Part shown: one piece after another, positions 51,749 to 61,762 of the stretch | Layout of the letters: every line of letters starts with the position of its first letter | Numbering within the stretch: the stretch's first letter is position 1 | DNA from: Candidatus Cloacimonadales bacterium | Lineage (GTDB): Bacteria; Cloacimonadota; Cloacimonadia; Cloacimonadales; JAIOQZ01 | Direction: 5' to 3' | Assembly: GCA_963665815.1 (NCBI GenBank) | Contig: OY762463.1 | Span: 960,001 to 1,024,000, forward strand | Length of the DNA stretch: 64,000 nt | Translations under genes and position numbers: made by a program | Notes under the pieces: generated by a model | Databases searched by the model: none | Told to the model about the DNA's origin: nothing | Seen by the model: the letters and a program-made list of their open reading frames with translations, nothing else

Positions 51749-52738
51749 TTATTCTTCAATAATACTCCTGATCTGTCTTGACTTCTTCAGAATTTTTTTA
51801 AGAAGATCAATATCAATTGTCTGGAAACTGTCTACAGGTGTAGAATCGGGATCTATCTCTGTCTCAATAAGAAGACCGTCCGCTCCGGCAGCTGCAGCAG
51901 CATAAGATATAGATTCAACGAGAGAGCGTTGTCCGGTACTATGAGAAGGATCGACCAGAATAGGGAATCCTGTTTTAGCCTTAATTATCGGAATAGATGT
52001 AATATCTATCGTATTTCTTGTTGATTTTTCAAATGTTCTTATCCCTCTTTCACAAAGGATAATCTTGTTGTTTCCTTGTTTTTTAATATACTCAGCAGCA
52101 AGAATCCATTCTCTGTAGTTACTGCACATACCTCTTTTAAGAATAACAGGATTGTCAATCTTCCCAAGCTCAGATAAAAGATTATAGTTGAACATGTTTC
52201 TCGTTCCAACCTGTACAATATCGACAAGTTCAGACATCATTTCAACATCCTTCTCGCTGATAATCTCAGAAACAGTAATAAGACCTGTTTCTTCACTTAT
52301 CCGTTTAAGATACTCCAGTCCCTTCTTACCAATTCCGGAAAATGAATAAGGTGAAGTCCTGAGCTTGTATGCTCCACCACGGAAAAACTGAACTCCGGCA
52401 TCTTTCAAGGCTAAAGCTGTTTCAAAAAGTCTATCATAGTTATCAATAGCACAAGGTCCGGCAATGACTGTGAAATCATTGCGGCATAATTGTCTGCCAT
52501 TTATCTCTATACCCGAGTATTCATCTTTAATCAGTTCACTTTCTTCAAACAAAACTGTATCAACATCTTCATTAACTTCAATTCTATGAAATACCGGAAG
52601 AGGTACTTCCGAGGAAATACTTATTGTTTTCCTGCCATGAGTGCAGCCTCTTGTACAGACAATATCATTATCAGAGAATATATCTTCTATTCTTTTTAAT
52701 GCTTTTTCATTACTCTGTTTCTTTAAGATAATTATCAT
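51749..52738 (-). CDS. aroF: 3-deoxy-7-phosphoheptulonate (DAHP) synthase, type I-beta
   Basis: IAGPC, RGGAYKLRTSPYSF.G, QVG.RNM.N, LKRG, LCERGIRTF, DPSH. Confidence 0.92.
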   Translation of the reverse strand: MIIILKKQSNEKALKRIEDIFSDNDIVCTRGCTHGRKTISISSEVPLPVFHRIEVNEDVDTVLFEESELIKDEYSGIEINGRQLCRNDFTVIAGPCAIDNYDRLFETALALKDAGVQFFRGGAYKLRTSPYSFSGIGKKGLEYLKRISEETGLITVSEIISEKDVEMMSELVDIVQVGTRNMFNYNLLSELGKIDNPVILKRGMCSNYREWILAAEYIKKQGNNKIILCERGIRTFEKSTRNTIDITSIPIIKAKTGFPILVDPSHSTGQRSLVESISYAAAAAGADGLLIETEIDPDSTPVDSFQTIDIDLLKKILKKSRQIRSIIEE

Positions 52739-53182
52739 CAATCTTCTCCAAAATCCACAAGATACATATTCAGACAACCGTATAATCGGAGTATTTTTTA
52801 CTTCTACTTCTGATATTATGCAAAGTTCCCATTTTTTACCAGATTATAGTTTTTGATAAATAAATCAAATTACACTGTCAACAAATATTATCTTTATTTT
52901 CCTGTTTGTATAGGAAACGAATTAATTTCAAAGTGTTTTATGAATGTCAGCATCTCATAATCCTAATGTGAGGATAAATTCAAAATCCTCAAACAATAGA
53001 TGTATGTACAAACAGCTTTCATCACTATATTGAACGATATTTACCTGTTAGCTCGGATAATCTACCAGATTAATATTTTCTGTAAAAGACTGATAAGATT
53101 TTACTTGACTTTAATATACATTTACAAGGACTTGAATGTATAAATTTATTCAACTTTTTGTTGGCTGTACAAAGGAGAATTT

Positions 53183-53599
53183 ATGACAGTTAATTTAATG
53201 CTGAAAATAGCTCTTCATGCTATTTCTATAGGTATTTCAGTATTGATCCCCTGGATTTCACAATACGTTGCCATTGTCGTCGGTTATCCGATAACTGGTA
53301 TTTTTAGAAAAATTACAAAAGCAAAACACTATCGTATTGATATCAGCTTCATTCAGATTATGAACTATATTTTCGATGGTTTGCTTTGCGTTTTTGGATC
53401 CTATATTATTTCAAGAATTTTTGAAATCAGATTTATGGTTTCCGTTGTTGTAATCGTGGGTATTTTCAGAATTGGACTCAATATATACAAGAATGACCTT
53501 GGAAGTGCTAACTCAGGAGAATTTCTGGAAGAAATTATTCACATGATTCTTTTTGTAATGGGATTAGTTTTCGGTGGAATGATTTTCCTAAGATTCTAA
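53183..53599 (+). CDS. Hypothetical membrane protein (about 4 TM)
   Basis: SD AGGAG, hydrophobic segments. Confidence 0.7.
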   Translation: MTVNLMLKIALHAISIGISVLIPWISQYVAIVVGYPITGIFRKITKAKHYRIDISFIQIMNYIFDGLLCVFGSYIISRIFEIRFMVSVVVIVGIFRIGLNIYKNDLGSANSGEFLEEIIHMILFVMGLVFGGMIFLRF

Positions 53600-53689
53600 T
53601 CAATATCTAAAGCTTAACAAAAAAAATCTTTGACTAATTGATTTATTCATTAACTTATTCCTGTAATCAAAATATTGACTGGAGATATT

Positions 53690-54058
53690 ATGGATAAGAA
53701 ACCACGCTTAAAAAGAGATAACCTGATTGTTTATCCCAGAATCTTAAGTAAATCTGATAATGAATGTATTGGAGTTCTGGCTGATATTAATCTCACAGGT
53801 CTTAAAATTGTTTGTGAAAATAAACTTGAAAAAGAAAGTACTCTGGAAATTATGATTGAACTGCCCAGGAAAATCGGTGGAAATCAATATATTGATATCT
53901 CCGGAACTGTTAAATGGGCTGCTAAAGACATAAATCCTGACTATTATGCAATAGGTATTCTTTTTGATGATGTTTCTGTCAAAAACTCTAAGCTGATAAA
54001 CGTTCTTATTAACGACTATCACTTTGAAAACGAAATTAATCTCTATCAGGAAGACTAA
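53690..54058 (+). CDS. PilZ-domain protein (degenerate motifs)
   Basis: G.LADINLTG, G.VKW, Y.IGI.F; c-di-GMP motifs are non-canonical. Confidence 0.85.
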   Translation: MDKKPRLKRDNLIVYPRILSKSDNECIGVLADINLTGLKIVCENKLEKESTLEIMIELPRKIGGNQYIDISGTVKWAAKDINPDYYAIGILFDDVSVKNSKLINVLINDYHFENEINLYQED

Positions 54059-54075
54059 TTTTTATAAATTTGTAG

Positions 54076-54105
54076 GAGCCTGTCGAACTAACGACAGGCT
54101 TTTTT
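54076..54105. terminator. Intrinsic terminator between convergent genes
   Basis: AGCCTGTCG-AACTAA-CGACAGGCT followed by a T-run. Confidence 0.8.
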
Positions 54106-55189
54106 AGTTACTCTTTTCAAGTAATTCTGAAAAAATCTCCATCATAAGCTTTCCATTGATTACATGAGCTCCATCAAATGTATATCGTTTTACATTATAA
54201 CCCTCTTCCCTGAATTTATTAAACGCTTTGTCGGATTCCCCATAATTCACAACCTTATCCTCGTTACCATGAATTATATGAACAGGAATCTTCGAAGCTT
54301 TTCTGAACTGTTTTTCCGTAAACAAATTTGTATCAAGAAATCCCCCCATAGGTATCATGGCATCAATGGTTTTGTAGTTACGTATACCATACAGATATGT
54401 TAGCCAGCCTCCCTGAGAAAAACCGGTGATAAAAGTTTTGTCACAGTTATATTTTTTTCTCACATCCTTCACAGCTTTTTCCGCATATTCAACCATTGTA
54501 TTCCTTGTTATATCAGCAAGTTCCGGCTTATCCCCTCCAAATCCTTCAGCCCAGGAATATCCAATATTCTTACCTGTCTTGAATGCATAAGGAGCCTGTA
54601 TTGTAAGGAAAACAACGTTATATTCATCAAACAGTTTTCCGATTTTTGAAAAGTTGTCAACATTGTCACCCCACCCATGAAACGCAACAACTAATGCAGG
54701 ATCAGTATCCGCATTGAAGCTTTTGCTTTCATATATCCTGCTCTTACAGTATATCTCTACAGGATAGTAAACTACTTCTCCAAAGGTTTTCTTTTCTGGA
54801 ACAAGACTTTTTATTTCTTCCACTGCTTTTTTAAATACATCAGTATCCCTGACTCTTTCAAAATCAGGATCATTCTCAATATGGTTAATATCGGTAAAAC
54901 CTTTTTTGTATGCCACCACAAGAAACTCTGCTGCTTCCTGTGGTTGATTATTCAAACCATAGCAACAGGCAAGATTGTACATATTCCCGGAATCATTCAC
55001 ATTCGCATCAATATACTCGCGGTATAGTCTAATCGCTTCAGAATAGTTCTTTTCGTTGTAAAACTGATAGGCAGATTTTAATTTCTCATTATAGTCTGTT
55101 CTGATTTTATCTACTAAATTATCTGCCTGAGCAAAAGAAATTGTTATTACTAAAAGCAGTGCAGATAGCATCCAAAAATTAGTTTTCAT
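54104..55189 (-). CDS. Secreted TPR plus alpha/beta-hydrolase (phospholipase/carboxylesterase)
   Basis: YNLACCY TPR, FHGWG, GFSQGG, HG.ED.VV, G.H. Confidence 0.88.
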   Translation of the reverse strand: MKTNFWMLSALLLVITISFAQADNLVDKIRTDYNEKLKSAYQFYNEKNYSEAIRLYREYIDANVNDSGNMYNLACCYGLNNQPQEAAEFLVVAYKKGFTDINHIENDPDFERVRDTDVFKKAVEEIKSLVPEKKTFGEVVYYPVEIYCKSRIYESKSFNADTDPALVVAFHGWGDNVDNFSKIGKLFDEYNVVFLTIQAPYAFKTGKNIGYSWAEGFGGDKPELADITRNTMVEYAEKAVKDVRKKYNCDKTFITGFSQGGWLTYLYGIRNYKTIDAMIPMGGFLDTNLFTEKQFRKASKIPVHIIHGNEDKVVNYGESDKAFNKFREEGYNVKRYTFDGAHVINGKLMMEIFSELLEKSN

Positions 55190-55254
55190 ACGTAACTCCT
55201 TGTTATTCAAACTAGTATTTTCTAAAATGAATCTGTCAACAATATTATGCGTAC

Positions 55255-56192
55255 TTACAAGACTTTAAATTTATAAACTACTCCATTATCTAAAGAGTAA
55301 ATAAACGTATTTTCACCATCAAAACCCCAGCAGAAAGGAAAAAATAGCCTGTTGGGTAATCTGAAAATCATTTCGATCTCACCTGCCATATTGTATCTGA
55401 TGAGGGAGTATTCCAGTATCTGATTATCCTCATTCGGTTTAACGGCATTAGTAACTAAAACAAGTAAGTCATCGTCTATTCTGTGAGGAGCATTATGGGT
55501 CACGTAATCTGGATTCATCCCTTCTTCCAGTTGATAGTTTGTCTTTGTTCTTGTATCTCCATGGAACCTGTAGAAGAAACTATCTTCGGTGAAAGATAAC
55601 AGGATGTCTCCATCTATCAATAAGACATCATACACTTTCTTCCTGTTATCATCAATATCTTCCTCTTCGAACAAGTTTCCTACATCTATAACCTTTGTTA
55701 GTGAGTCATTATCAAATCTGTATATAGATGCACCGGGAAACAGAGGATGCGTGCACACATGAACAATTTCCGGACCTCCGAATAATAAAAACGGAGCAAA
55801 CTGTTTAACACTGTTTGAAAATTTGTAATTTTTATCAAAGAACTGTAATCTTCCATTCAGCATATCTGAAACAACGCAGCCATTTCCTGTGTCTGCAAAA
55901 CTGTTAGGCAACAGGAATTCACCCGGGGCACTGCCTTTTCCACCAAATTTGCTAATAAACTGCATGTTATCAGCATCGTATATCTTGATCTCATGAGACT
56001 CATCTGCAATATGAAGTTTTCCATCCATGATTGAAATAAATGAAGGATTAGAAATCATATAGCTGTCGTCTTCCTGCCATCCAAGAGAATCAACAGGACT
56101 TAAATGAATAATTTCAGCTTTGTATTTATATGAACAGGATGATGCTATAAATAGTAATATTAAGTATAGTGGAAAAAAAATACTTTTTTCAT
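55255..56192 (-). CDS. NHL/6-bladed beta-propeller lipoprotein, frameshifted in a T8 tract of the signal peptide
   Basis: FGGKGSAPGEF..P and D..N.RLQFFD; the SD-linked ATG at 56192 is one base out of frame with the body. Confidence 0.7.
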
Positions 56193-56386
56193 AAAACTCT
56201 CCATTTTGTTTTGACATTAGCAGAATATTATGTATTAGCAAGTCAAGAAAATTTCATTACCCAATAAGTGATCATTCGAATTTTACTGTTTCTTATAGAA
56301 ATTAACTCGACATAATTTCTTAAAAATAATTTTGGTAAATTATAATATTCAGATAGTTTATAATAATCAGATAAAAGGAGAATATA

Positions 56387-57235
56387 ATGAAAAAAATTTT
56401 AGTGCTTTCTTTTCTGTTAGTAGCAGTATTTCTGCAAAGTGAAGGCTGGAAACTCAGTGGTACTTCAGGATTAAATGTGAATCAGAGTTATTACTCAGAT
56501 AACTGGGAATCTGGTGAATCAGGATCGTTTAACTGGATAGCAAACATTGATTTCAAAGCAGAGAAACAGATGCATGAAAAATTCCTCAGCAAAAATAAAC
56601 TTCTACTTGAGTTCGGACAAACTCATACTCAGAATAAAGATACTGACGAATGGGAAAAACCATCTAAGACAACCGATAACATAGAATTTGAATCGTTAGG
56701 TTTGTTTACTTTAAATTCATATGTAGATCCGTTTGCAGCATTTAAATTCAAATCACAATTTCTTGATGAAAGTGATCCTGAAGAAACCAAATCTGTTAAT
56801 CCCATAACTCTGACTGAGAGTTTTGGTGTATCCAGATTCTTCATAAAAAATGATATGCAGGAGCTTTCCAGTAGATTTGGCGGTGCGTTCAAGCAGAACA
56901 TCAATTCTCATGATGATATTGATAATACAAATAATGGTGGTCTTGAGTTTGTAACTGATTACAATATAACATTCTCTGAAAAAAATGCTGATTTCAAAAG
57001 CAGCCTTACATTATACAAAGCATTGTACAACTCTGAATCAGATGATCTTGAAGGAACTCCTGAAGAAGATTACTGGAAAGAAACAGATGTTGACTGGCAG
57101 AATACTTTAACATATAAACTGAACTCTTTCATCAATATTAAGTTCAGCACTCAGCTACTTTATGACAGAGAAATCAGTGCAAAAGGAAGATTCAAACAGA
57201 ATAGTTCCGTTGGCTTATCTTACAAATTTCTGTAA
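56387..57235 (+). CDS. DUF3078-type outer membrane beta-barrel
   Basis: Signal peptide, NQ.YYS.NW..G, W.K..K..D, C-terminal GLSYKFL. Confidence 0.8.
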   Translation: MKKILVLSFLLVAVFLQSEGWKLSGTSGLNVNQSYYSDNWESGESGSFNWIANIDFKAEKQMHEKFLSKNKLLLEFGQTHTQNKDTDEWEKPSKTTDNIEFESLGLFTLNSYVDPFAAFKFKSQFLDESDPEETKSVNPITLTESFGVSRFFIKNDMQELSSRFGGAFKQNINSHDDIDNTNNGGLEFVTDYNITFSEKNADFKSSLTLYKALYNSESDDLEGTPEEDYWKETDVDWQNTLTYKLNSFINIKFSTQLLYDREISAKGRFKQNSSVGLSYKFL

Positions 57236-57581
57236 AGTTATAAATCAGCATAAATATTTCATTGGTGGTTTCATTTGCAGGAATGCCTTAATTTTTAGTG
57301 ACTTATTCTTAAAGGAAGATTTTACTTGAATTAGTATATCGTAACATACGGACATGTTATACTCAAATGCTTTCTGTTATTGGTCATGTTTAGAGATGTC
57401 CGTATCAATGGAAATTATTGAGATATGGACATAAATTGTTAGAATTTAAGGAACTATACATATTGACTGAAAACTTCATGTAAGCTATATTCAAGATTGA
57501 CATATTTTGCTGTTTACAAATATCTCATGATTTTTCTTTGTTAAAAAGGATAAATAGACTATACTATCAGAGGAGGTAGAA

Positions 57582-58058
57582 ATGAAAAAAATATTACTTT
57601 TATCACTTTTTGTTGTTTGTGTTACCGGTGCATTATTCAGCAGTACTGAGAACATTCAGCTTTCCTTGTTCAATCCTGTGCAGCTTCATCCTGAGTCAAC
57701 AGATATCAGGGGATTCAGGCTTAATATTTACGGGAAAAACAACAGTCTTACAGGTGTTGATTTAGGTTTCTTTAATCAACTTGGTAATGGGAAATCATTA
57801 GGTGTTCAATGGGGACTCGTTAATATGGTATCAGGTAGTTTCACTGGAGTACAGTTTTCCGAAGGTATTAACTACACAATTGACATGGAAGGTGTACAGT
57901 TTGGACCGGCTAATTATACTGAAAACATGCACGGAATTCAATTTGGCTTAGTTAACTATGCAAAATCCATTACCGGAGCACAACTTGGAATTCTCAACAT
58001 TATAAGTGATAACGGATTCCTGCCTGTGTGTATTATTTTCAATTTTGGAAATTTATAA
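57582..58058 (+). CDS. LA_2272-like G.Q.G..N repeat surface protein
   Basis: Repeats GVQWGLVN, GVQFGPAN, GIQFGLVN, GAQLGILN. Confidence 0.8.
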   Translation: MKKILLLSLFVVCVTGALFSSTENIQLSLFNPVQLHPESTDIRGFRLNIYGKNNSLTGVDLGFFNQLGNGKSLGVQWGLVNMVSGSFTGVQFSEGINYTIDMEGVQFGPANYTENMHGIQFGLVNYAKSITGAQLGILNIISDNGFLPVCIIFNFGNL

Positions 58059-58074
58059 GATATTTTCATAATCT

Positions 58075-58362
58075 TTAATGATTGGAGTTCTTCGTTGCCC
58101 AATTCAAGGCTGATTTGAAAATTTTTGCAAAAATAACAATAAGTACTATTGCACCAATAATGAAAGAAAGCCCTATGAAATTGCTTGCTATAAGAAAAAG
58201 AACTCCAATCATTAACACAGGAAAAATAATCAAACCCATAATTAAACGAATCAAACATCCTGTAATTACAATTGAAACTTTGAAAAAAGCAACAATAAGT
58301 GAAAGACTTACAACAGCAAGTGTCATTGCAACTGCTAAGATCACAATTAATTCTATCATCAT
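58075..58362 (-). CDS. Hypothetical membrane protein
   Basis: SD GGAGG; highly hydrophobic; follows the preceding minus-strand gene. Confidence 0.6.
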   Translation of the reverse strand: MMIELIVILAVAMTLAVVSLSLIVAFFKVSIVITGCLIRLIMGLIIFPVLMIGVLFLIASNFIGLSFIIGAIVLIVIFAKIFKSALNWATKNSNH

Positions 58363-58371
58363 TCCTCCATG

Positions 58372-59514
58372 TTAATTTACTGCTTCCGGTGTTAAAAATT
58401 TGAAACTTTCCTGTCTTCCGTTAATCATCTCAATAATTCCAATATCTCTTCTTACAATACTTCCCTTTGAGTCGATTCTGAATTTACCGGTAATCCCGTT
58501 ATAAGAAGTTGACAAAAGTTTTTCTGTTAAATCAACTCCTTCCGATTCGTGAGCTTTCATCAGGAACTTAAGGAAATCATATTCAATTGCAGGAGTATCG
58601 GAAACTAATTCGCTACCACATTTTTGCTGATACACTCTTTTGAACTCCCGTGTACTATTGTTATCAATCTCAGAATGATTTAAATATCCTGCAAAATAGA
58701 TCTTCCCTTGAAACAGCATTGATAAATCAATCATTTCCTTATATTCCAGTTTCGTATCACAATACAATGGGAGTCCCTGAGGAAGAACATCATTCAGATC
58801 CTTGATAATTCCTGTCAGTTTCCCCTTAGAAACAGCAACATAATAATTGTCAGGTTTGTTAGCCATAATATTGTACTCTTTTTTTAAAGAATATGTATTA
58901 AGGTTATTGCTTTTTACATCTTCCCTCAACATAACAGCTCCACCAATTTGAGTAAATCTGGACACAAAAGCATTTCCCTTCCTCAGAATATCTGAAACAC
59001 TTTCTTCAATAAACACCCAACTGTTCTTTCTATCTACAGCATATTCTGCAAGAGCATAAGTTGTTACAGTATTAGAAAGCTTGCAATAAAACACATTCCG
59101 GTAGTCTGAAGTCCTTCTTAATGGTTCTTCAAGCCAGGGAGTAAAAATTGGTATATTCATTTTTCGTGTATGAAAAGCTGCCTCTTCCAGCATCCATGTT
59201 TTGTCAAAACCATATATTAAATCTACTTTTTCAGAAATAATTAAACTATCCAATACAGACAGTAGCTTTTCTTTATCTTCTGCAACAGCTTTGTAAACTA
59301 AAACATCGGTATCAACAGGTGAGTTGTAGTACTCAGAAACGCCAATGTCGAATCCTCTCAGATATTCACATTTATTATCGAAGTTTTCTGAGATAACTAC
59401 CCCTATTTTCAATGGAGATTTATCTTCTCTTAGTAAAAAGCATCCTGAAAACAGCAAAGACAGCACTATCAGCAATACTAGAAAAAAGAGGATTCTTTGA
59501 TATATTCTTATCAT
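58372..59514 (-). CDS. Type I periplasmic-binding-fold lipoprotein (LivJ/LppC-like)
   Basis: FSGC lipobox, LKIGVV, YNGITGKFRID..G. Confidence 0.75.
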   Translation of the reverse strand: MIRIYQRILFFLVLLIVLSLLFSGCFLLREDKSPLKIGVVISENFDNKCEYLRGFDIGVSEYYNSPVDTDVLVYKAVAEDKEKLLSVLDSLIISEKVDLIYGFDKTWMLEEAAFHTRKMNIPIFTPWLEEPLRRTSDYRNVFYCKLSNTVTTYALAEYAVDRKNSWVFIEESVSDILRKGNAFVSRFTQIGGAVMLREDVKSNNLNTYSLKKEYNIMANKPDNYYVAVSKGKLTGIIKDLNDVLPQGLPLYCDTKLEYKEMIDLSMLFQGKIYFAGYLNHSEIDNNSTREFKRVYQQKCGSELVSDTPAIEYDFLKFLMKAHESEGVDLTEKLLSTSYNGITGKFRIDSKGSIVRRDIGIIEMINGRQESFKFLTPEAVN

Positions 59515-59515
59515 A

Positions 59516-60793
59516 TTATCCTACTATCCTTCCGGCAAGATCGTAGTTCCAGGATTCATCAATATGAACATTTACAATATCACCAATATTCGCATTACCT
59601 TCCAATATATATACATATCCATCTATTTCAGGTGCATCATATTCAGAACGGCCAAGATACTTGAACTCACCATTACCTTCTTCTTCAATCAGAACTTCAA
59701 TCGTTCTTCCTACAAAGCTTTCAAGATTTGAAGCGGAAATCTCCTGCTGAATCATCATTAACTCGTCTTTTCTTTTCTCAGCAGTCTTGCGTGAAATTTT
59801 CTCCTCAAAATCAGCAGCAGGTGTATCTTCCTCTTCCGAATAGGCAAATATACCAACTTTATCAAATCTTATTTCTTCTATAAATCTTTTCAGTTCATTG
59901 AAGTACTTTCTCTTCTCTCCCGGAAATCCAACAATAAATGTTGTTCTGATTACAGCATCAGGAATCTCCGTTCTTAACTCATCGATCATTGACACAAGTT
60001 GTTCCTTAGTCGTCTTTCTGTTCATCAGCTTCAGTATTTCATTGTTGCAGTGTTGCAGCGGAATATCGAAGTAGTGACACACTTTCTGAATATGCAATAT
60101 CCTATGGAAAAAACCCTTATAAATATTAGCCGGGTGCATATACATCAGTCTGATCCATTCCAGTCCATCTATATTATTCAGTTTCTCAAGTAGATGAACC
60201 AGTCCATCTTCCTTTTTCTTGTCCCTGCCATACTGCATAATATCCTGAGCAGTTATTATCAACTCTTTAACGCCTTCTGAAACAAGACGTTCTGCTTCAG
60301 AAACAAGACTGCTTTCAGTCTCACTTTGTAGTTTACCTCTTATTGACGGAATAGAGCAATATGTACAGTAGTTTTCACATCCGTCACTTATTCTGAGGTA
60401 TGCTGTTTCTCTTCTTCCTAAAAGTTTTCTGCTGACAGATTCTTTTTTAAGATTCACAATATTTTTAATTTCCTCAAAATCCTTGAGCTGAACAATATGA
60501 TCAACCTCTTCTATTTCTTCTTTAAGATTATCCGCATATCTTTTTACAAAACAGCCCGTTACAATAAAAGTATCACACTTACCCGTTTCCTTGTACTCAA
60601 GTAACTCAAATATCGTGAGAATAGTCTCTTCTTTTGCTTCCTGAATAAAAGCACAAGTATTTACAATAATAATCTCAGCATCTTCAGGTTCAGTCGTAAT
60701 AATCATTCCTGCTTCGTGCAGAATTCCATTTATTAATTCACTATCAACTAAGTTCTTGGGACATCCCAGACTTTCAATGTAATATTTTCTCAA
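59516..60793 (-). CDS. rimO: Ribosomal protein S12 methylthiotransferase
   Basis: SLGCPKNLVDSE, VNTCAFI, AYLRISDGCENYCTYCSIP, DAPEIDG; TTG start after GAGG. Confidence 0.95.
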   Translation of the reverse strand: MRKYYIESLGCPKNLVDSELINGILHEAGMIITTEPEDAEIIIVNTCAFIQEAKEETILTIFELLEYKETGKCDTFIVTGCFVKRYADNLKEEIEEVDHIVQLKDFEEIKNIVNLKKESVSRKLLGRRETAYLRISDGCENYCTYCSIPSIRGKLQSETESSLVSEAERLVSEGVKELIITAQDIMQYGRDKKKEDGLVHLLEKLNNIDGLEWIRLMYMHPANIYKGFFHRILHIQKVCHYFDIPLQHCNNEILKLMNRKTTKEQLVSMIDELRTEIPDAVIRTTFIVGFPGEKRKYFNELKRFIEEIRFDKVGIFAYSEEEDTPAADFEEKISRKTAEKRKDELMMIQQEISASNLESFVGRTIEVLIEEEGNGEFKYLGRSEYDAPEIDGYVYILEGNANIGDIVNVHIDESWNYDLAGRIVG

Positions 60794-60800
60794 ATGAACC

Positions 60801-61748
60801 TCAAACTTTCTTAAGCAATATGTAGTTTTTAAATTCTCCAAGGTATTTTCCACCGAAAAGATACTTCTGAATAAAAGATATTAATCTATACTTGAATCTT
60901 TCGTGCTTATGTTTTTTTCGTGTAGGATCCGGTGAACCTGAATACTGCAGCTTTTCTTTCCAATGGAACCTGCTTATCATTTCTTTCATTACAGCAGGAT
61001 GTGTACCTTTATAAATCCCAAGAAGATTCAGTGGACCATAATCAAATTCTCCCGGTTCAAGCTTGTAGTTCTTCTGGACTTGTTTCTTACCTTTATGCAC
61101 AGTATCCAATGCTTTTTTCTTATTCATCATGTAATGTGGAGGTCTCACCCATCCATAATGGAAGACTTCAGCTTCAACCCTTGCAACTTTCAGTTTATGC
61201 GTTCCTTCTTTCTGACGAGGATTATCGTAAAAATCAAATCTCCTGAAAGATTGAGCTGACTGATATGAATGAATATCAGGTCTGTTTCTAACAATCCTGA
61301 TCTCATTAGGATACCATCCATGGCCATCATGATAATGATCATAATCACCCCAGAAATGCTTATATCTGAACAATAATCCTTCTACTTCCTGATTATCAAC
61401 GAGCTCTTCACATCTTTTTTTTATCACGGGAAGATATTTTTCATGTATCACTTCATCAGCCTGTAGATAGAAAACCCAGTCACCGGAGCAGGCATCTTTA
61501 GCAACGTCCGTTTGGATTGCATTAATAATCCCACCTTTGAAGTACTTTTCTTCCCAAACTGTATCTATAATTTTTACTTTAGGGTCTTTTATCTCGGCTA
61601 TCAGCTCTCTTGTTGTATCATCTTCATCCCCTTTCCCTATTGCTATCACGAACTCATCGACAATAGGTAATATCGATTTTACCGATTCCACAATCGGATA
61701 ATACAGTTTACTTCCATTTCTAACCATTGAGAAACCGCTAATTTTCAT
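60801..61748 (-). CDS. Glycosyltransferase family 2
   Basis: ISGF..VRN, SILPIVDE, YLQADE, HYGWVRPP. Confidence 0.88.
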   Translation of the reverse strand: MKISGFSMVRNGSKLYYPIVESVKSILPIVDEFVIAIGKGDEDDTTRELIAEIKDPKVKIIDTVWEEKYFKGGIINAIQTDVAKDACSGDWVFYLQADEVIHEKYLPVIKKRCEELVDNQEVEGLLFRYKHFWGDYDHYHDGHGWYPNEIRIVRNRPDIHSYQSAQSFRRFDFYDNPRQKEGTHKLKVARVEAEVFHYGWVRPPHYMMNKKKALDTVHKGKKQVQKNYKLEPGEFDYGPLNLLGIYKGTHPAVMKEMISRFHWKEKLQYSGSPDPTRKKHKHERFKYRLISFIQKYLFGGKYLGEFKNYILLKKV

Positions 61749-61762
61749 TATATCTCCTAAGA

